Below are positions 37,175 to 46,651 of a stretch of 64,000 bases of DNA, piece by piece. The first letter of the stretch is position 1. Each line of letters begins with the position of its first letter. Under the pieces are notes generated by a model. That model was not told the DNA's origin, did not search any database, and saw only the letters and a list, made by a program, of their open reading frames with translations. Source of the stretch: Eubacteriales bacterium (GTDB lineage Bacteria; Bacillota; Clostridia; Oscillospirales; CAG-272); contig JAZQRU010000013.1 in assembly GCA_045629745.1 (NCBI GenBank), positions 12,023-76,022 on the forward strand, given 5' to 3'. Position numbers and translations under genes: made by a program.

Positions 37175-38865
37175 GTAAAAAGCATATTTTACACGAAAAA
37201 AGAGAATTTGAAAACGTAAGAGCCTTAATCGAATGGTCAGGAGATTTTTACGCCGACAGAACAGCATTTTCATTCCGCGAGAATCCGCATGACAAGGAAG
37301 CGAAGAAAGTAAGCTTTGAGGAGTTCCGTGACGATGTTCGCGCTCTCGCAAGCGAGCTTTATTCTATGGGTTGCGCAGGTAAGCACTGCATTCTTATTGG
37401 CAAATCCTCATACGAGTGGGTAACGGTTTATTATGCTACGCTTTCTATCGGAGCTGTTCTCGTTCCACTCGACAGAGAATGGAGCGCAGAGGAGCTTCTC
37501 GAAACTGCTAAGCGCGCAGACATATCGTTCTTGTTCTATGATAATGATATCGAAGAGAAGGCTTCGTTTATTGCGGCAAATGCAAATCTTGCGGCGGCAC
37601 CAGTGCTTCTCGGCGCAGACGGTGAAAATTCCGTCAAGGCACTCACCGAAGCCGGAAGAGCTAAATTCCTTGAGTCGAGTGAGGCTTACTTCAATGCGGA
37701 AATAGATCCTTATAAGCTTGCGCTTCTCGTATTTACTTCGGGAACGACGGGAAAGGGTAAGGGCGTTATGCTTAGCCAGAACAACTTCCTCTCCGACCTT
37801 TCCGACGTTATTCCTTATATGGATTTTTCTAATAAGACCGTCGGCGTTCTTCCTCCCCACCATACCTATGGCTCGTCCGTTATGTTTATCGGCCACGTAA
37901 TGATAGGTAGTGAGGTGTATATTTCCTCAGGACTTCGCTACGTTCAGAAAGAGCTTAAAGAGCAAATGCCTGGCCACCTTGTTCTCGTGCCTCTTTATCT
38001 TGAAACCTTCTACAGAAAAATAATGGCGGGAATCAAGGAAAAGGGCAAGGAAAAACTCGTTTCTACAATGATAAAGATATGCAACTTCTTTCACCTCGGT
38101 AACGGTGTCAGGAAGCGTCTTTTCAAGGATATAAGGGCTGCATTCGGCGGTGAGGTAAAAATGATTATCTCCGGGGGAGCGCCTATTAACCCTGAAATTA
38201 TGCACTTCTTTAATAGCATAGGAATTGGAACTCTCAACGGATACGGAATTACAGAATGCGCTCCTATTATCGCGGTAAACAGAAGTAAGAACGTTGTTCC
38301 CGGAAGCGTTGGTAACGTTCTTGAGATAGATACAGTTAAGATAAATGAGCCTAACGAGGACGGCGAGGGCGAAATTTTTGTAACAGGTCCTAACGTAATG
38401 CTTGGATATTACAAGGACGAGGCCGCAACCGCCGATGCCTTTGACGAGAACGGATACTTTAAGACGGGTGACTACGGAAAGCTTACCAAAGACGGTATAC
38501 TCTATATTACCGGACGTAAAAAGAACCTTATCATTCTTTCTAACGGAAAGAACGTTTATCCCGAAGAGATTGAAAACGAGCTTGTTGCAACCCCCGGTGT
38601 TACCGATATTATAGTTTACGAGGGCCAGAGCAAGAGAGGTATGGAGCATAACGCGATAGTTGCCGAGATTTTCCCCGATAAAGACTATATCGAGAAGAAC
38701 GGCATCAATGATATCAAGGCTCATCTTCAGAAATACATCAACGAATATAACAAAACTGCAGTTTCATATAAGAAAATAGCAATTCTCAAGGTGCGTGAAG
38801 AGGACTTCCCCAAAAATACTCTCCGTAAGATTATGAGATTTAAGCTTGATATGACAATAGACTGA
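37171..38865 (+). CDS. AMP-dependent synthetase/ligase (long-chain-fatty-acid--CoA ligase-like)
   Basis: LVFTSGTTGKGKGVMLS AMP-binding motif, plus GYGITE and TGDYG...GRKKNLI. ATGA overlap with the marR stop. Confidence 0.88.
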   Translation: MSKKHILHEKREFENVRALIEWSGDFYADRTAFSFRENPHDKEAKKVSFEEFRDDVRALASELYSMGCAGKHCILIGKSSYEWVTVYYATLSIGAVLVPLDREWSAEELLETAKRADISFLFYDNDIEEKASFIAANANLAAAPVLLGADGENSVKALTEAGRAKFLESSEAYFNAEIDPYKLALLVFTSGTTGKGKGVMLSQNNFLSDLSDVIPYMDFSNKTVGVLPPHHTYGSSVMFIGHVMIGSEVYISSGLRYVQKELKEQMPGHLVLVPLYLETFYRKIMAGIKEKGKEKLVSTMIKICNFFHLGNGVRKRLFKDIRAAFGGEVKMIISGGAPINPEIMHFFNSIGIGTLNGYGITECAPIIAVNRSKNVVPGSVGNVLEIDTVKINEPNEDGEGEIFVTGPNVMLGYYKDEAATADAFDENGYFKTGDYGKLTKDGILYITGRKKNLIILSNGKNVYPEEIENELVATPGVTDIIVYEGQSKRGMEHNAIVAEIFPDKDYIEKNGINDIKAHLQKYINEYNKTAVSYKKIAILKVREEDFPKNTLRKIMRFKLDMTID

Positions 38866-38883
38866 TTTTGCACAAGTGCAAAA

Positions 38884-38916
38884 AAGAGGAACAGATTTCG
38901 GTCTGTTCCTCTTTTT
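38884..38916. terminator. bidirectional terminator
   Basis: AAAAAGAGGAACAGA-tttcgg-TCTGTTCCTCTTTTTT. Confidence 0.85.
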
Positions 38917-38950
38917 TATATGGTTTATTTAAACGTAATTTTTGTATTGA

Positions 38951-39751
38951 TTATTTAAACGGTCTTATAAGCTCTATCGTTTCAAGAATTTTTACGTTAC
39001 ATTCCAAAAGTAGCTTTTCTGCTTCTTGGATTTCTTCCTTTACCGCGACTCTTTGGGGGGTGTGAGCATCGCAACCGAGCACGGCCGATGCGCCAAGCTC
39101 GCCCACAAGCCGCCAGAAATCAAGCTTTGGATACTGTCTTCCGAGAGTTTGTCCGAGAAGGTTGTATTCAAGCGGCACACCGTATTTCTTCGATGCCTCA
39201 ATAATTCTCGCCATTTCGGAAAGATAGTATTCCTGTTCTCTGCCCGTGTACGTTAAAATGTCGGGATGGGCAACGCAGGAGAAAAGCCCTGTTGACATAG
39301 CTTCGATAACTATATCTGCATACGGCTTGATTCTTTCGCGCTCGTCACAAAGCGACGCGCCTCTGTCTGAGTGGTTTCCCCGATTTCCGTTAAGATTTTC
39401 AAAATCAACGTAGTGTTGTCCGAGTATAAGATATTCCGGCGGATGCTTCTTCATAAATTCAACTTCGTCTTTCCACGTTGAGTGGAAATATTCCGTTTCA
39501 AAGCCTACGTGAATCTCTATTTTGTCGGCATATTTTTCACCGAGGGCGCGTATCGAAGCATAGTATTCCTCTGTTTCTTCGGGCGCCATTTTGTAATACG
39601 AGCGATAGCCGTCAGGACGCGGTGCGTTGGGGGCGTGGTCGGAAAAGCCGAGAATTTTGACATTCTCGGCTATCGCTTTTTGTACGTATTCTTCGTCTTT
39701 GCCGTTTGCGTGATTGCAACGGTAGGTGTGGGTATGATAATTTGCTAACAT
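38951..39751 (-). CDS. PHP-family histidinol-phosphatase (HisJ/HisK type)
   Basis: YHTHTYRCNHA N-terminus, GFSDHAP, and a later HPD/CDAH metal ligand pattern. Confidence 0.8.
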   Translation of the reverse strand: MLANYHTHTYRCNHANGKDEEYVQKAIAENVKILGFSDHAPNAPRPDGYRSYYKMAPEETEEYYASIRALGEKYADKIEIHVGFETEYFHSTWKDEVEFMKKHPPEYLILGQHYVDFENLNGNRGNHSDRGASLCDERERIKPYADIVIEAMSTGLFSCVAHPDILTYTGREQEYYLSEMARIIEASKKYGVPLEYNLLGQTLGRQYPKLDFWRLVGELGASAVLGCDAHTPQRVAVKEEIQEAEKLLLECNVKILETIELIRPFK

Positions 39752-39760
39752 AGAATCTCT

Positions 39761-40216
39761 TTATTTTGAAAGTGCGTAGTAAAGCGCGCCTGCGAGTACC
39801 GCGATAAGAACGAGAAAAATTAAGAAAGCTATTCTGTAAAGCTTTTTGCGTCTTGCGTATCTTCTTGCCTTGCGAAGATAAGTTGAAATCGGATCGCGCT
39901 TTTTAATTAAATCCTTGTTGAAGCCGCGTACCCATTTTACGTCTGCCTTTGATATTTCGTCGCTTTTGCGGATAGAGCCGACGTCGTGGGCAAATTTATT
40001 TCTTATATTTCTGTATCTTACGAGGCGCGGAAGCACGTCGTCGCGCTCGGGAGCGAAGCGCGCGTTATTAAGTCGGTTTATATATTCCGTTATACCACCG
40101 GAGGTAACGCCGAATTTTTCGCAACAGTCTCTGTCAAGCTCTTTATATACTTCAAGGAAATTGTGATTTAATCTTTTTCCCACAGCGTCACCGCCTTTCT
40201 GTAGTGTTTGAACCAT
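39761..40216 (-). CDS. hypothetical C-terminally membrane-anchored protein with HEPN-like RNxxxH motif
   Basis: Helical cytoplasmic domain with LVRYRNIRNKFAHD (R-N-K-F-A-H). A basic stretch follows, then one TM helix (IAFLIFLVLIAVLAGALYYAL) at the C-terminus. Confidence 0.55.
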   Translation of the reverse strand: MVQTLQKGGDAVGKRLNHNFLEVYKELDRDCCEKFGVTSGGITEYINRLNNARFAPERDDVLPRLVRYRNIRNKFAHDVGSIRKSDEISKADVKWVRGFNKDLIKKRDPISTYLRKARRYARRKKLYRIAFLIFLVLIAVLAGALYYALSK

Positions 40217-40348
40217 AGCTATCCTTTTATATTGTACTACATTTTCGTAACATTTGCAATAGTTATTTTAAAATTTAATAAAATTCACAAAAACTTCCTT
40301 TATTCGACAAAAATTTTGTCTTTAGGAAAAAGTGCGTTTGTATTATTA

Positions 40349-41758
40349 CTATTGTCTATCCTCGAAGTCTTTTTTCTTTTGCCTAACAAGAAGGCGCATT
40401 AAAGCTTTTCCGTTAAACGGTAGGAGAGGATAAAGATATCTTTTTCCAAACGCTGTTTTGTTGAAGCTTATGAAAAGCACCGTTACGACAAGTCCTGCAA
40501 AAAATCCCCATATCCTTAGGAAAAAAACCAAAGCGAGCGTTATCATACGCATAAATTTGATAGCATAGCCAAGCTCGTGGTTTTGTTGGGCGAAGCTTGC
40601 AATTGCAACGAATGCCATATAAAGAATAACGTCGCCTGAAAGCCAACCGACGTCAACTGCAAAATCGCCAAGTATTAAAGCACCAACTATTGAGAGGGAG
40701 TTTGAGAGCATATCTGGAGTATTCATTGAGGCTATTTTCAAGCCGTCAAGGGCGATTTCAACGAGGAAAAGCTGTGCGATTATCGGAAGCGCACCGGGAT
40801 CTTTCGGGATAAGAAACGATAGCGTATCTGGTAAAAGATACGAATACTCAAGATAAAGATACCAAAGCGGAGTTATTATTACCGAGAGCAAGAGAATCAG
40901 TGTTCTGACTATTCTTAAATATGAGCCTGTGAGAGGCGGAAAATAATAGTCGTCGGTTTGTTCAAGATAATCGAAAATTGCGGTCGGAAGTATCATTACT
41001 TGCGGTGACGTGTCACAAAAAACGAGAACTTTCCCCTCTAAAAGATGCGCTGCAGCAGTGTCAGGGCGCTCGGTCGTGCGTATTTTCGGAAAGGGGTTCC
41101 ACCAGCCGCTTCGTACAAGACTTTCGGCAAGGCTTTGGAAGCCGAGAGTCAGGGATTTTGGGCGAAGAGAGGAAATCTTTTTTTCAATCTCGGAAACGAA
41201 GCTCGAGTCTGCGACACCTGCCATATAGCAAACGGCAACGTCTGTTTTTGACGAGCCGCCTAGATTAAAATGCCTCATAGTCAGTCTTTCGTCGCGGACG
41301 CGGCGTCTGATAAGCGCGGTATTGACTATCAGAGTTTCCACAAAGCCATCGTGCGAGCCTTGCATAACTCTGTCGCTATCAGGTTCCTCGGTGCTTCTTG
41401 CAGGATAGGTTCTTACGTCAACCAATATACATTCGCCTGAAAAGCTTTCCGCAAGAATTGCGCTTTGTCCCGAAAGAATAGCCGTGATTACGGCATCCTC
41501 GTCGGAGCTTAACTCGACTTCTATATATGGCATTTTTCTCATAACGTCCGTTGCCGTGCCTAAGTCATTTAGTGACAAAAGATTTTGCATTATTCTCTGC
41601 ATTTCGCCGTCTTTAACGAAGCCGTCTATAAAGAAGAAGCTCATTTCGCGCCCCGCAATTTCAAGCCGTCTTTCTATGACGTCGAAATTCTTTTCAGCGC
41701 CGAGCCTTTTTGCAATTGCGTGCCTTGCTTCCGAATAGAGCTCGGATAATTTTTCCAT
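40349..41758 (-). CDS. GerA-family spore germination protein (SpoVAF/GerxA-like)
   Basis: 469 aa with a soluble N-domain (FFFIDGFVKDGEMQ...) and a C-terminal multi-TM region typical of GerA/SpoVAF. No adjacent GerB/GerC genes. Confidence 0.7.
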   Translation of the reverse strand: MEKLSELYSEARHAIAKRLGAEKNFDVIERRLEIAGREMSFFFIDGFVKDGEMQRIMQNLLSLNDLGTATDVMRKMPYIEVELSSDEDAVITAILSGQSAILAESFSGECILVDVRTYPARSTEEPDSDRVMQGSHDGFVETLIVNTALIRRRVRDERLTMRHFNLGGSSKTDVAVCYMAGVADSSFVSEIEKKISSLRPKSLTLGFQSLAESLVRSGWWNPFPKIRTTERPDTAAAHLLEGKVLVFCDTSPQVMILPTAIFDYLEQTDDYYFPPLTGSYLRIVRTLILLLSVIITPLWYLYLEYSYLLPDTLSFLIPKDPGALPIIAQLFLVEIALDGLKIASMNTPDMLSNSLSIVGALILGDFAVDVGWLSGDVILYMAFVAIASFAQQNHELGYAIKFMRMITLALVFFLRIWGFFAGLVVTVLFISFNKTAFGKRYLYPLLPFNGKALMRLLVRQKKKDFEDRQ

Positions 41759-41893
41759 AGTGAATCACACCCCTTTTATAATCGCTATTATTGGCAAAAA
41801 ACGGATAAATATTCGCGCACTCCACAGCCTTCTCAAAAAACAACAGATAACACACGTGTAATTGATAAAATATTTTGAATTTTCCGTTTTGTA

Positions 41894-41922
41894 TTGACTT
41901 TAAAATTGATAAATGTTAAAAT
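41894..41922 (+). promoter_or_regulatory. sigma-A promoter of birA
   Basis: TTGACT, 17-nt spacer, TGt-TAAAAT extended -10 (41914-41922). It overlaps the ORF-track ATG 41913, which argues for the downstream start. Confidence 0.6.
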
Positions 41923-41966
41923 TATTGAAAGAGTTTTACGTATGGCTTAAGGAAGGTAAGGTCGGT

Positions 41967-42773
41967 ATGCAAAAAGCAAATGATTATTCCCGTGATGGCA
42001 TAAGACAAGAGCTTGATAAGCTTGGTCTTCGGGACGTAGAACTCTCTTTTTTTGAGGAAATAGGTTCTACGAATACGGAAATGAAAAATCGCCTTTTTGA
42101 CACTGGAATTCCCGAAAAGCCTTGGCTTTTCATCGCAAAACGGCAAAGTGCGGGGAAAGGTCGGCTTGGCAGAAGCTTTGAATCTCCGGATGCGGGAGTT
42201 TATATGTCGATTCTCTTTCCCAGCGACTTCAGCGGTGCTCGCCTGACGGCATATGTTGCCGTAATGGTTTTGGAAGCTATAGAAGAGCTTTCGGGGATAA
42301 ACGCAGATATCAAATGGGTAAACGATATATACTTCGGGGGCAAAAAGCTATCGGGAATTCTTTGCGAGGGAATTATAAATGCCGAAGAAGCAAGACTTGA
42401 GGCTTCCGTTATCGGTATAGGTATAAACGTTCTGCAAACGGAATTTTCCAAAGATGTTTCTGAAATAGCTACGTCGCTCGAAGAGGCTTCGGGTAAAAAG
42501 ATTTCACGCGCGGAGCTTGTCGCTCGCATTGCGGAGAAAATACTTAAAAATCTTCCTGGGGCTTCCGAAAAAGAGTTAATGGAAAAATACAGGTCGAAAT
42601 CAAATCTCTTAGGGAAATTGCTAAAGGTTACGCGCGGTGACGAAAGCTTTTTCGCAAGAGCTGTTGATATAAATGAAAAAGCGGAGCTGATAGTAGTTAA
42701 AGAAACAGGCGAAAAAATCGCTCTTAACAGCGGCGAGGTAAGCGCTAAAATTAAACAAGATAATTTAACTTAG
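41967..42773 (+). CDS. birA: biotin--[acetyl-CoA-carboxylase] ligase (class I, no HTH)
   Basis: QSAGKGRLGRSFESP (GRGRxGRxW-type) motif, KWVNDIY and a C-terminal SH3-like domain. Start 41967 is preferred because the promoter -10 overlaps 41913. Confidence 0.85.
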   Translation: MQKANDYSRDGIRQELDKLGLRDVELSFFEEIGSTNTEMKNRLFDTGIPEKPWLFIAKRQSAGKGRLGRSFESPDAGVYMSILFPSDFSGARLTAYVAVMVLEAIEELSGINADIKWVNDIYFGGKKLSGILCEGIINAEEARLEASVIGIGINVLQTEFSKDVSEIATSLEEASGKKISRAELVARIAEKILKNLPGASEKELMEKYRSKSNLLGKLLKVTRGDESFFARAVDINEKAELIVVKETGEKIALNSGEVSAKIKQDNLT

Positions 42774-43065
42774 GAGAAAAATGCCATTCGGAACAAAATA
42801 TCACCACACGATACAAAAAAATTACACGTAAACTGTGAAAACCAAGGGCGTATTTCGTGCCATTTTAAAACCAAAGCGACGTTCGCGACGGCGTGCGCGA
42901 ATATTCGTAATATTTCAAGGCATTGACGGGCACTTGGGATTTCAATTTCTATAAATCGGTAACCGATGTTCCTTGTCCGACGGGAGATATTGAATTTTCG
43001 AGAAGCTTACGTGTTTATTAACAGGCAACATACTTCCGTTTAATAAATACAGAAATAATATTTGG

Positions 43066-43100
43066 GCGCTCGCGAGCTTAAAACGCGGGCGCTTTTCTTT
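43066..43100 (+). terminator. hairpin with T-run upstream of dpaA
   Basis: GCGCTCGCG-loop-CGCGGGCGC (one G-U pair) followed by TTTTCTTTC. Confidence 0.45.
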
Positions 43101-43148
43101 CGCTCGCATATAATGGAATTAGGCGCATATGCGCCAAAGAGGTTAAAA

Positions 43149-43910
43149 ATGAATATTGAGATTTTTGGCGAAAGCGAAAGACAAAAATCGGCAGAGAAGC
43201 TTCTTTCCAGTGAGAGCTTGGAGTGCGAAAGCGTTAAGCTTTTGCCTATACCGACGTCAAGAGACGGAGAACATATTACGGGAACGGGGATTCTTCTCGA
43301 GGATTTTTTAAAAGAAGTAAAAAGAGGAGATTTCGTTATCGCTTACGGACTTCCCGAAGCCTTTAAGAATTCTCTTTCTTCAAAAGGAATTTTGTGTTAT
43401 GACGCGGCATCCGACGAAGGATTTTTGCTTGAAAACGCGTACGTAACTGCGATAGGTACGCTCGGTTATCTTCTCACAGGCTCTAAAAAAGTCCCGGCTG
43501 ATATGAAGTTCGGAATTATCGGTTACGGAAGAATAGGCTCGTGCCTTGCAAGGCTGCTTATGTTCTTGGGCGCTCGAGTGAAAATTTTTTCGTCGAAGAA
43601 GCTTACGAGAATTGAGCTTGGATTTTGCAGTATAGAAAGCCCTGAAATTGAAATTTCAGATTTTTCTGATAAGAATCTTTCGGACCTTGACTTCGTTCTT
43701 AATACTGCTCCGACAAATCTTTCCTATCTTTTCCCAGAAAAGCGCGTGCCTTTGGGTATGCGTGTTATCGATCTTGCATCGGGTGATAGCTTCCCGGGAA
43801 TTTCGGGTGTTGAATATTTGCCCTCTCTTCCAAACCGTATGTATCCTGAAAGCGCGGGGGCGGCATACGCAAAACGGGCGCTTCTTTGGCTTCGCGATAA
43901 AGAAAAATAA
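43149..43910 (+). CDS. dpaA: dipicolinate synthase subunit A
   Basis: Internal ATG 43149 with RBS AAGAGGT. LPIPTSRDG, NAYVTAIG, the GIIGYGRIG Rossmann motif and DLAS...PG, collinear with SpoVFA. Confidence 0.85.
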   Translation: MNIEIFGESERQKSAEKLLSSESLECESVKLLPIPTSRDGEHITGTGILLEDFLKEVKRGDFVIAYGLPEAFKNSLSSKGILCYDAASDEGFLLENAYVTAIGTLGYLLTGSKKVPADMKFGIIGYGRIGSCLARLLMFLGARVKIFSSKKLTRIELGFCSIESPEIEISDFSDKNLSDLDFVLNTAPTNLSYLFPEKRVPLGMRVIDLASGDSFPGISGVEYLPSLPNRMYPESAGAAYAKRALLWLRDKEK

Positions 43911-43979
43911 ACTAAAGAGGCCGGAACACTTGATTTCGGCCTCTTAAATAAAACTCATAAAGAAAGGCTTGGTATTTAT

Positions 43980-44540
43980 ATGATAGGATATGCAATGTGC
44001 GCGTCCTTTTGCACGTTTGAATCTTCTATTAAAACACTTGAAGAAATTAAGGCTGCGGGAGAGAAAATAATTCCGATTATGAGCGAAAGAGGCGCTATAA
44101 CAGATACGCGATTCGGAAAGGCAAAGGATTTTATCGAGCGCGTGGAAAATATATGCGAAAATAAACTTGTAACGAGTATTGTTGAAGCCGAAAAATTCGG
44201 CTCTATAGCCCCTCTTGATTATCTTATAATTTCGCCCTGCACGGGCAACACTCTTGCAAAGCTTGCGTCGGGCATTACAGACGGTGTTGTAACCATGGCG
44301 GCAAAAGCGCATTTAAGATGCGACAGACCTTTACTTATAGCTCTTTCAACCAATGATGCAATGTCGCAAAATCTCAAAAATATAGGAACACTCCTTTCAA
44401 GAAAAAGCATTTACTTTGCTCCTATGCGTCAAGATGATCCAAAGGGGAAGCCGCATTCCCTCGTGACAGATGGCACGAAAATAAAGGAAGCCTTTTTTGC
44501 AATGAAAAATGGGGAGCAATTAAGGCCGCTTTTCATTTAA
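43980..44540 (+). CDS. dpaB: dipicolinate synthase subunit B (flavoprotein)
   Basis: ISPCTGNTLAKLASGITDGVVTMAAKAHLR...ALSTNDA signature of SpoVFB. It follows dpaA after a 69-nt spacer containing the hairpin GAGGCCG...CGGCCTC. Confidence 0.88.
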   Translation: MIGYAMCASFCTFESSIKTLEEIKAAGEKIIPIMSERGAITDTRFGKAKDFIERVENICENKLVTSIVEAEKFGSIAPLDYLIISPCTGNTLAKLASGITDGVVTMAAKAHLRCDRPLLIALSTNDAMSQNLKNIGTLLSRKSIYFAPMRQDDPKGKPHSLVTDGTKIKEAFFAMKNGEQLRPLFI

Positions 44541-44548
44541 ATTCAAAG

Positions 44549-44577
44549 TTGACACAGGAAAAAAACTCTGCTATAAT
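44549..44577 (+). promoter_or_regulatory. consensus sigma-A promoter of the U32-metF-metH gene string
   Basis: TTGACA, exactly 17 nt of spacer, TATAAT. It lies about 31 nt upstream of ATG 44609. Confidence 0.75.
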
Positions 44578-44608
44578 TATCGTGGAATAATTTATAGGCG
44601 GAATTTTT

Positions 44609-46630
44609 ATGAGAAAAGCGGGATTACCCGAGCTTTTAGCGCCCGCTGGAAGCTTTGAAGCTTTAATTGCGGCAATCGAAGCGGGAGCCGACGCGGTTTA
44701 CGTTGGAGGAAAGAGCTTTGGCGCAAGAGCTTTTGCTAAAAATTTTGATATAGAAGAGTTAGAACGTGCCGCAGTTTATGCTCGCCTTCACGGTGTTAAG
44801 CTTTACGTAACGGTGAATACTCTCGTTCTTGATAAAGAGGTAGGGGCACTTGCCGATTATGCACGTGCTCTTAGGAGAATATCACCCGACGCTATTATTG
44901 CAGCGGACCTCGGTGTTATTAAGGTTTTTCGAGAAATAGCCCCCGAAATCGAAATTCACGCATCAACTCAGATGTCAATACATAATAGCTTGGGTGCAGA
45001 CCTGGCTTATGATTTGGGATGCAAGCGAGTTGTGCTTGCGCGTGAATTGTCACTTGAAAATATAAAATCAACAACCGATAAATGCAAGCCTGAGATCGAG
45101 ATTTTTCTTCACGGTGCACTCTGCGTTTCGGTGTCGGGCCAATGTCTGATGTCGAGCCTCGTCGGCGGAAGAAGCGGAAATCGCGGCGAGTGTGCACAGC
45201 CTTGCCGTTTGCCGTATAATTCGTCGTATCCTCTCTCGCTCTCCGACCTTTCGTTAGCTTCGCACGTAACGGAGCTTATCGAGGCAGGAGTTGCCTCGCT
45301 CAAAATCGAGGGAAGAATGAAATCCCCGGATTACGTATATACGGTAACTAAAATTTACAGACAATTGCTTAATGAAAGGCGCAACGCAAATGAAAAGGAG
45401 CTTGCCGCACTCCGCGCGGCATTTTCGCGCGGCGGCTTTACCGACGGATATTTTACGGGGAAAATCTTGTCGAAAATGACGGGTGTGCGCAGTGAAGAGG
45501 ACAAGAGGGAAAGCCGAGAGCTTGAAGCTTGCGAATATACAGCGAAAAAACTCAAAATTTCCGCTAAAGCGGAATTTAAAGAGGGCAAGCCCTCCTGCCT
45601 TGTGCTTAGGCTCGGTGAAAAATGCGTTAGCGTAACGGGAGATATTCCGGCGCCTTCCGTAAGAGCGCCGCTTACAAAAGAAGACCTTAAAATAAGACTT
45701 TCAAAAATGGGCAACACTTTTTTTGAGCTTGACAAAAACGATATAGAAATCGACCTTGACGAAGGGATTAACCTTTCTCCCGGTGCAATAAATGCATTAA
45801 GAAGAGCCGCGGTAAGAGAGCTTGAAGAAATAAAAACCAATCTTTCCGATATAGAGCTTTCAAAAGCACAAAGCTGTAAATCAAAGGGCGAAAAAATTAA
45901 CACGGCCCTCTTCTTCGACCCCGAAGTTTTGCTTTCTTTGGAAAACAAACACCCTGAAAAGCTAAGAAATTTCCATATTGTGTTTGCTCCTCTTATGAGT
46001 GAAAAGTACACAAAAATGACAAGCGGAATTTACATTCCGCCCGTAATTCACGAGTCAGAGCTCCATTTGGTTGAAGCAAGGCTTAAAGAGGCGGCGGCTT
46101 CGGGAATTAAATATGCGCTCGTCGGCAATCTCTCACACCTACCAATTGTAAAGACAGTGGGGCTTACGGCTATCGGGGATTTTCGCTTGAACGTTACAAA
46201 CTCGTATTCAAAATCGATGCTTTCGGATTTGGGAGTCGAAAAAATCATTCTCTCGCCCGAAATTACACTTGCTATGGCAAGAGATATTGGCGGCGGCGAG
46301 ATAGTTCTCGGAAAAATCCCCCTGATGCTCACCGAACGTTGCTTTATGAAAGAAAATTTTTCGTGCGAAAAGTGTTCCTGCGCATCCCTCTCTGACCGTA
46401 CAGGTGCGCATTTTCCTATAATAAGAGAGTGGCAACACAGAAATATAATTCTTAACTCCGTGTCCACCTATATGGGTGACAAGCTTATGGAGCTTGAATG
46501 CGCGAATATTGTACATAGACATTTTCTCTTTACAAATGAAAGCGTCGGTGAGGCGGTAAGCCTTATTGATGCATACTTTGGGGGAGCTCCGATTGGAGAA
46601 TGGCGGAGAATAGGCTCTCGCGGAGTTTAA
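44609..46630 (+). CDS. peptidase U32 family protein (collagenase-like / RNA hydroxylation family)
   Basis: PELLAPAGSFEALIAAIEAGADAVYVGG...VTVNT and E..HGALC.S.SGQC Cys cluster. 673 aa with a C-terminal extension. Confidence 0.85.
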   Translation: MRKAGLPELLAPAGSFEALIAAIEAGADAVYVGGKSFGARAFAKNFDIEELERAAVYARLHGVKLYVTVNTLVLDKEVGALADYARALRRISPDAIIAADLGVIKVFREIAPEIEIHASTQMSIHNSLGADLAYDLGCKRVVLARELSLENIKSTTDKCKPEIEIFLHGALCVSVSGQCLMSSLVGGRSGNRGECAQPCRLPYNSSYPLSLSDLSLASHVTELIEAGVASLKIEGRMKSPDYVYTVTKIYRQLLNERRNANEKELAALRAAFSRGGFTDGYFTGKILSKMTGVRSEEDKRESRELEACEYTAKKLKISAKAEFKEGKPSCLVLRLGEKCVSVTGDIPAPSVRAPLTKEDLKIRLSKMGNTFFELDKNDIEIDLDEGINLSPGAINALRRAAVRELEEIKTNLSDIELSKAQSCKSKGEKINTALFFDPEVLLSLENKHPEKLRNFHIVFAPLMSEKYTKMTSGIYIPPVIHESELHLVEARLKEAAASGIKYALVGNLSHLPIVKTVGLTAIGDFRLNVTNSYSKSMLSDLGVEKIILSPEITLAMARDIGGGEIVLGKIPLMLTERCFMKENFSCEKCSCASLSDRTGAHFPIIREWQHRNIILNSVSTYMGDKLMELECANIVHRHFLFTNESVGEAVSLIDAYFGGAPIGEWRRIGSRGV

Positions 46631-46651
46631 TACTGTTTAGGCGGTGGATTT

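Noticed and set aside
44541-44608. S-box (SAM) riboswitch or T-box upstream of the methionine genes
   Set aside because: Only about 31 nt separate the -10 from the start codon, which leaves no room for a riboswitch.
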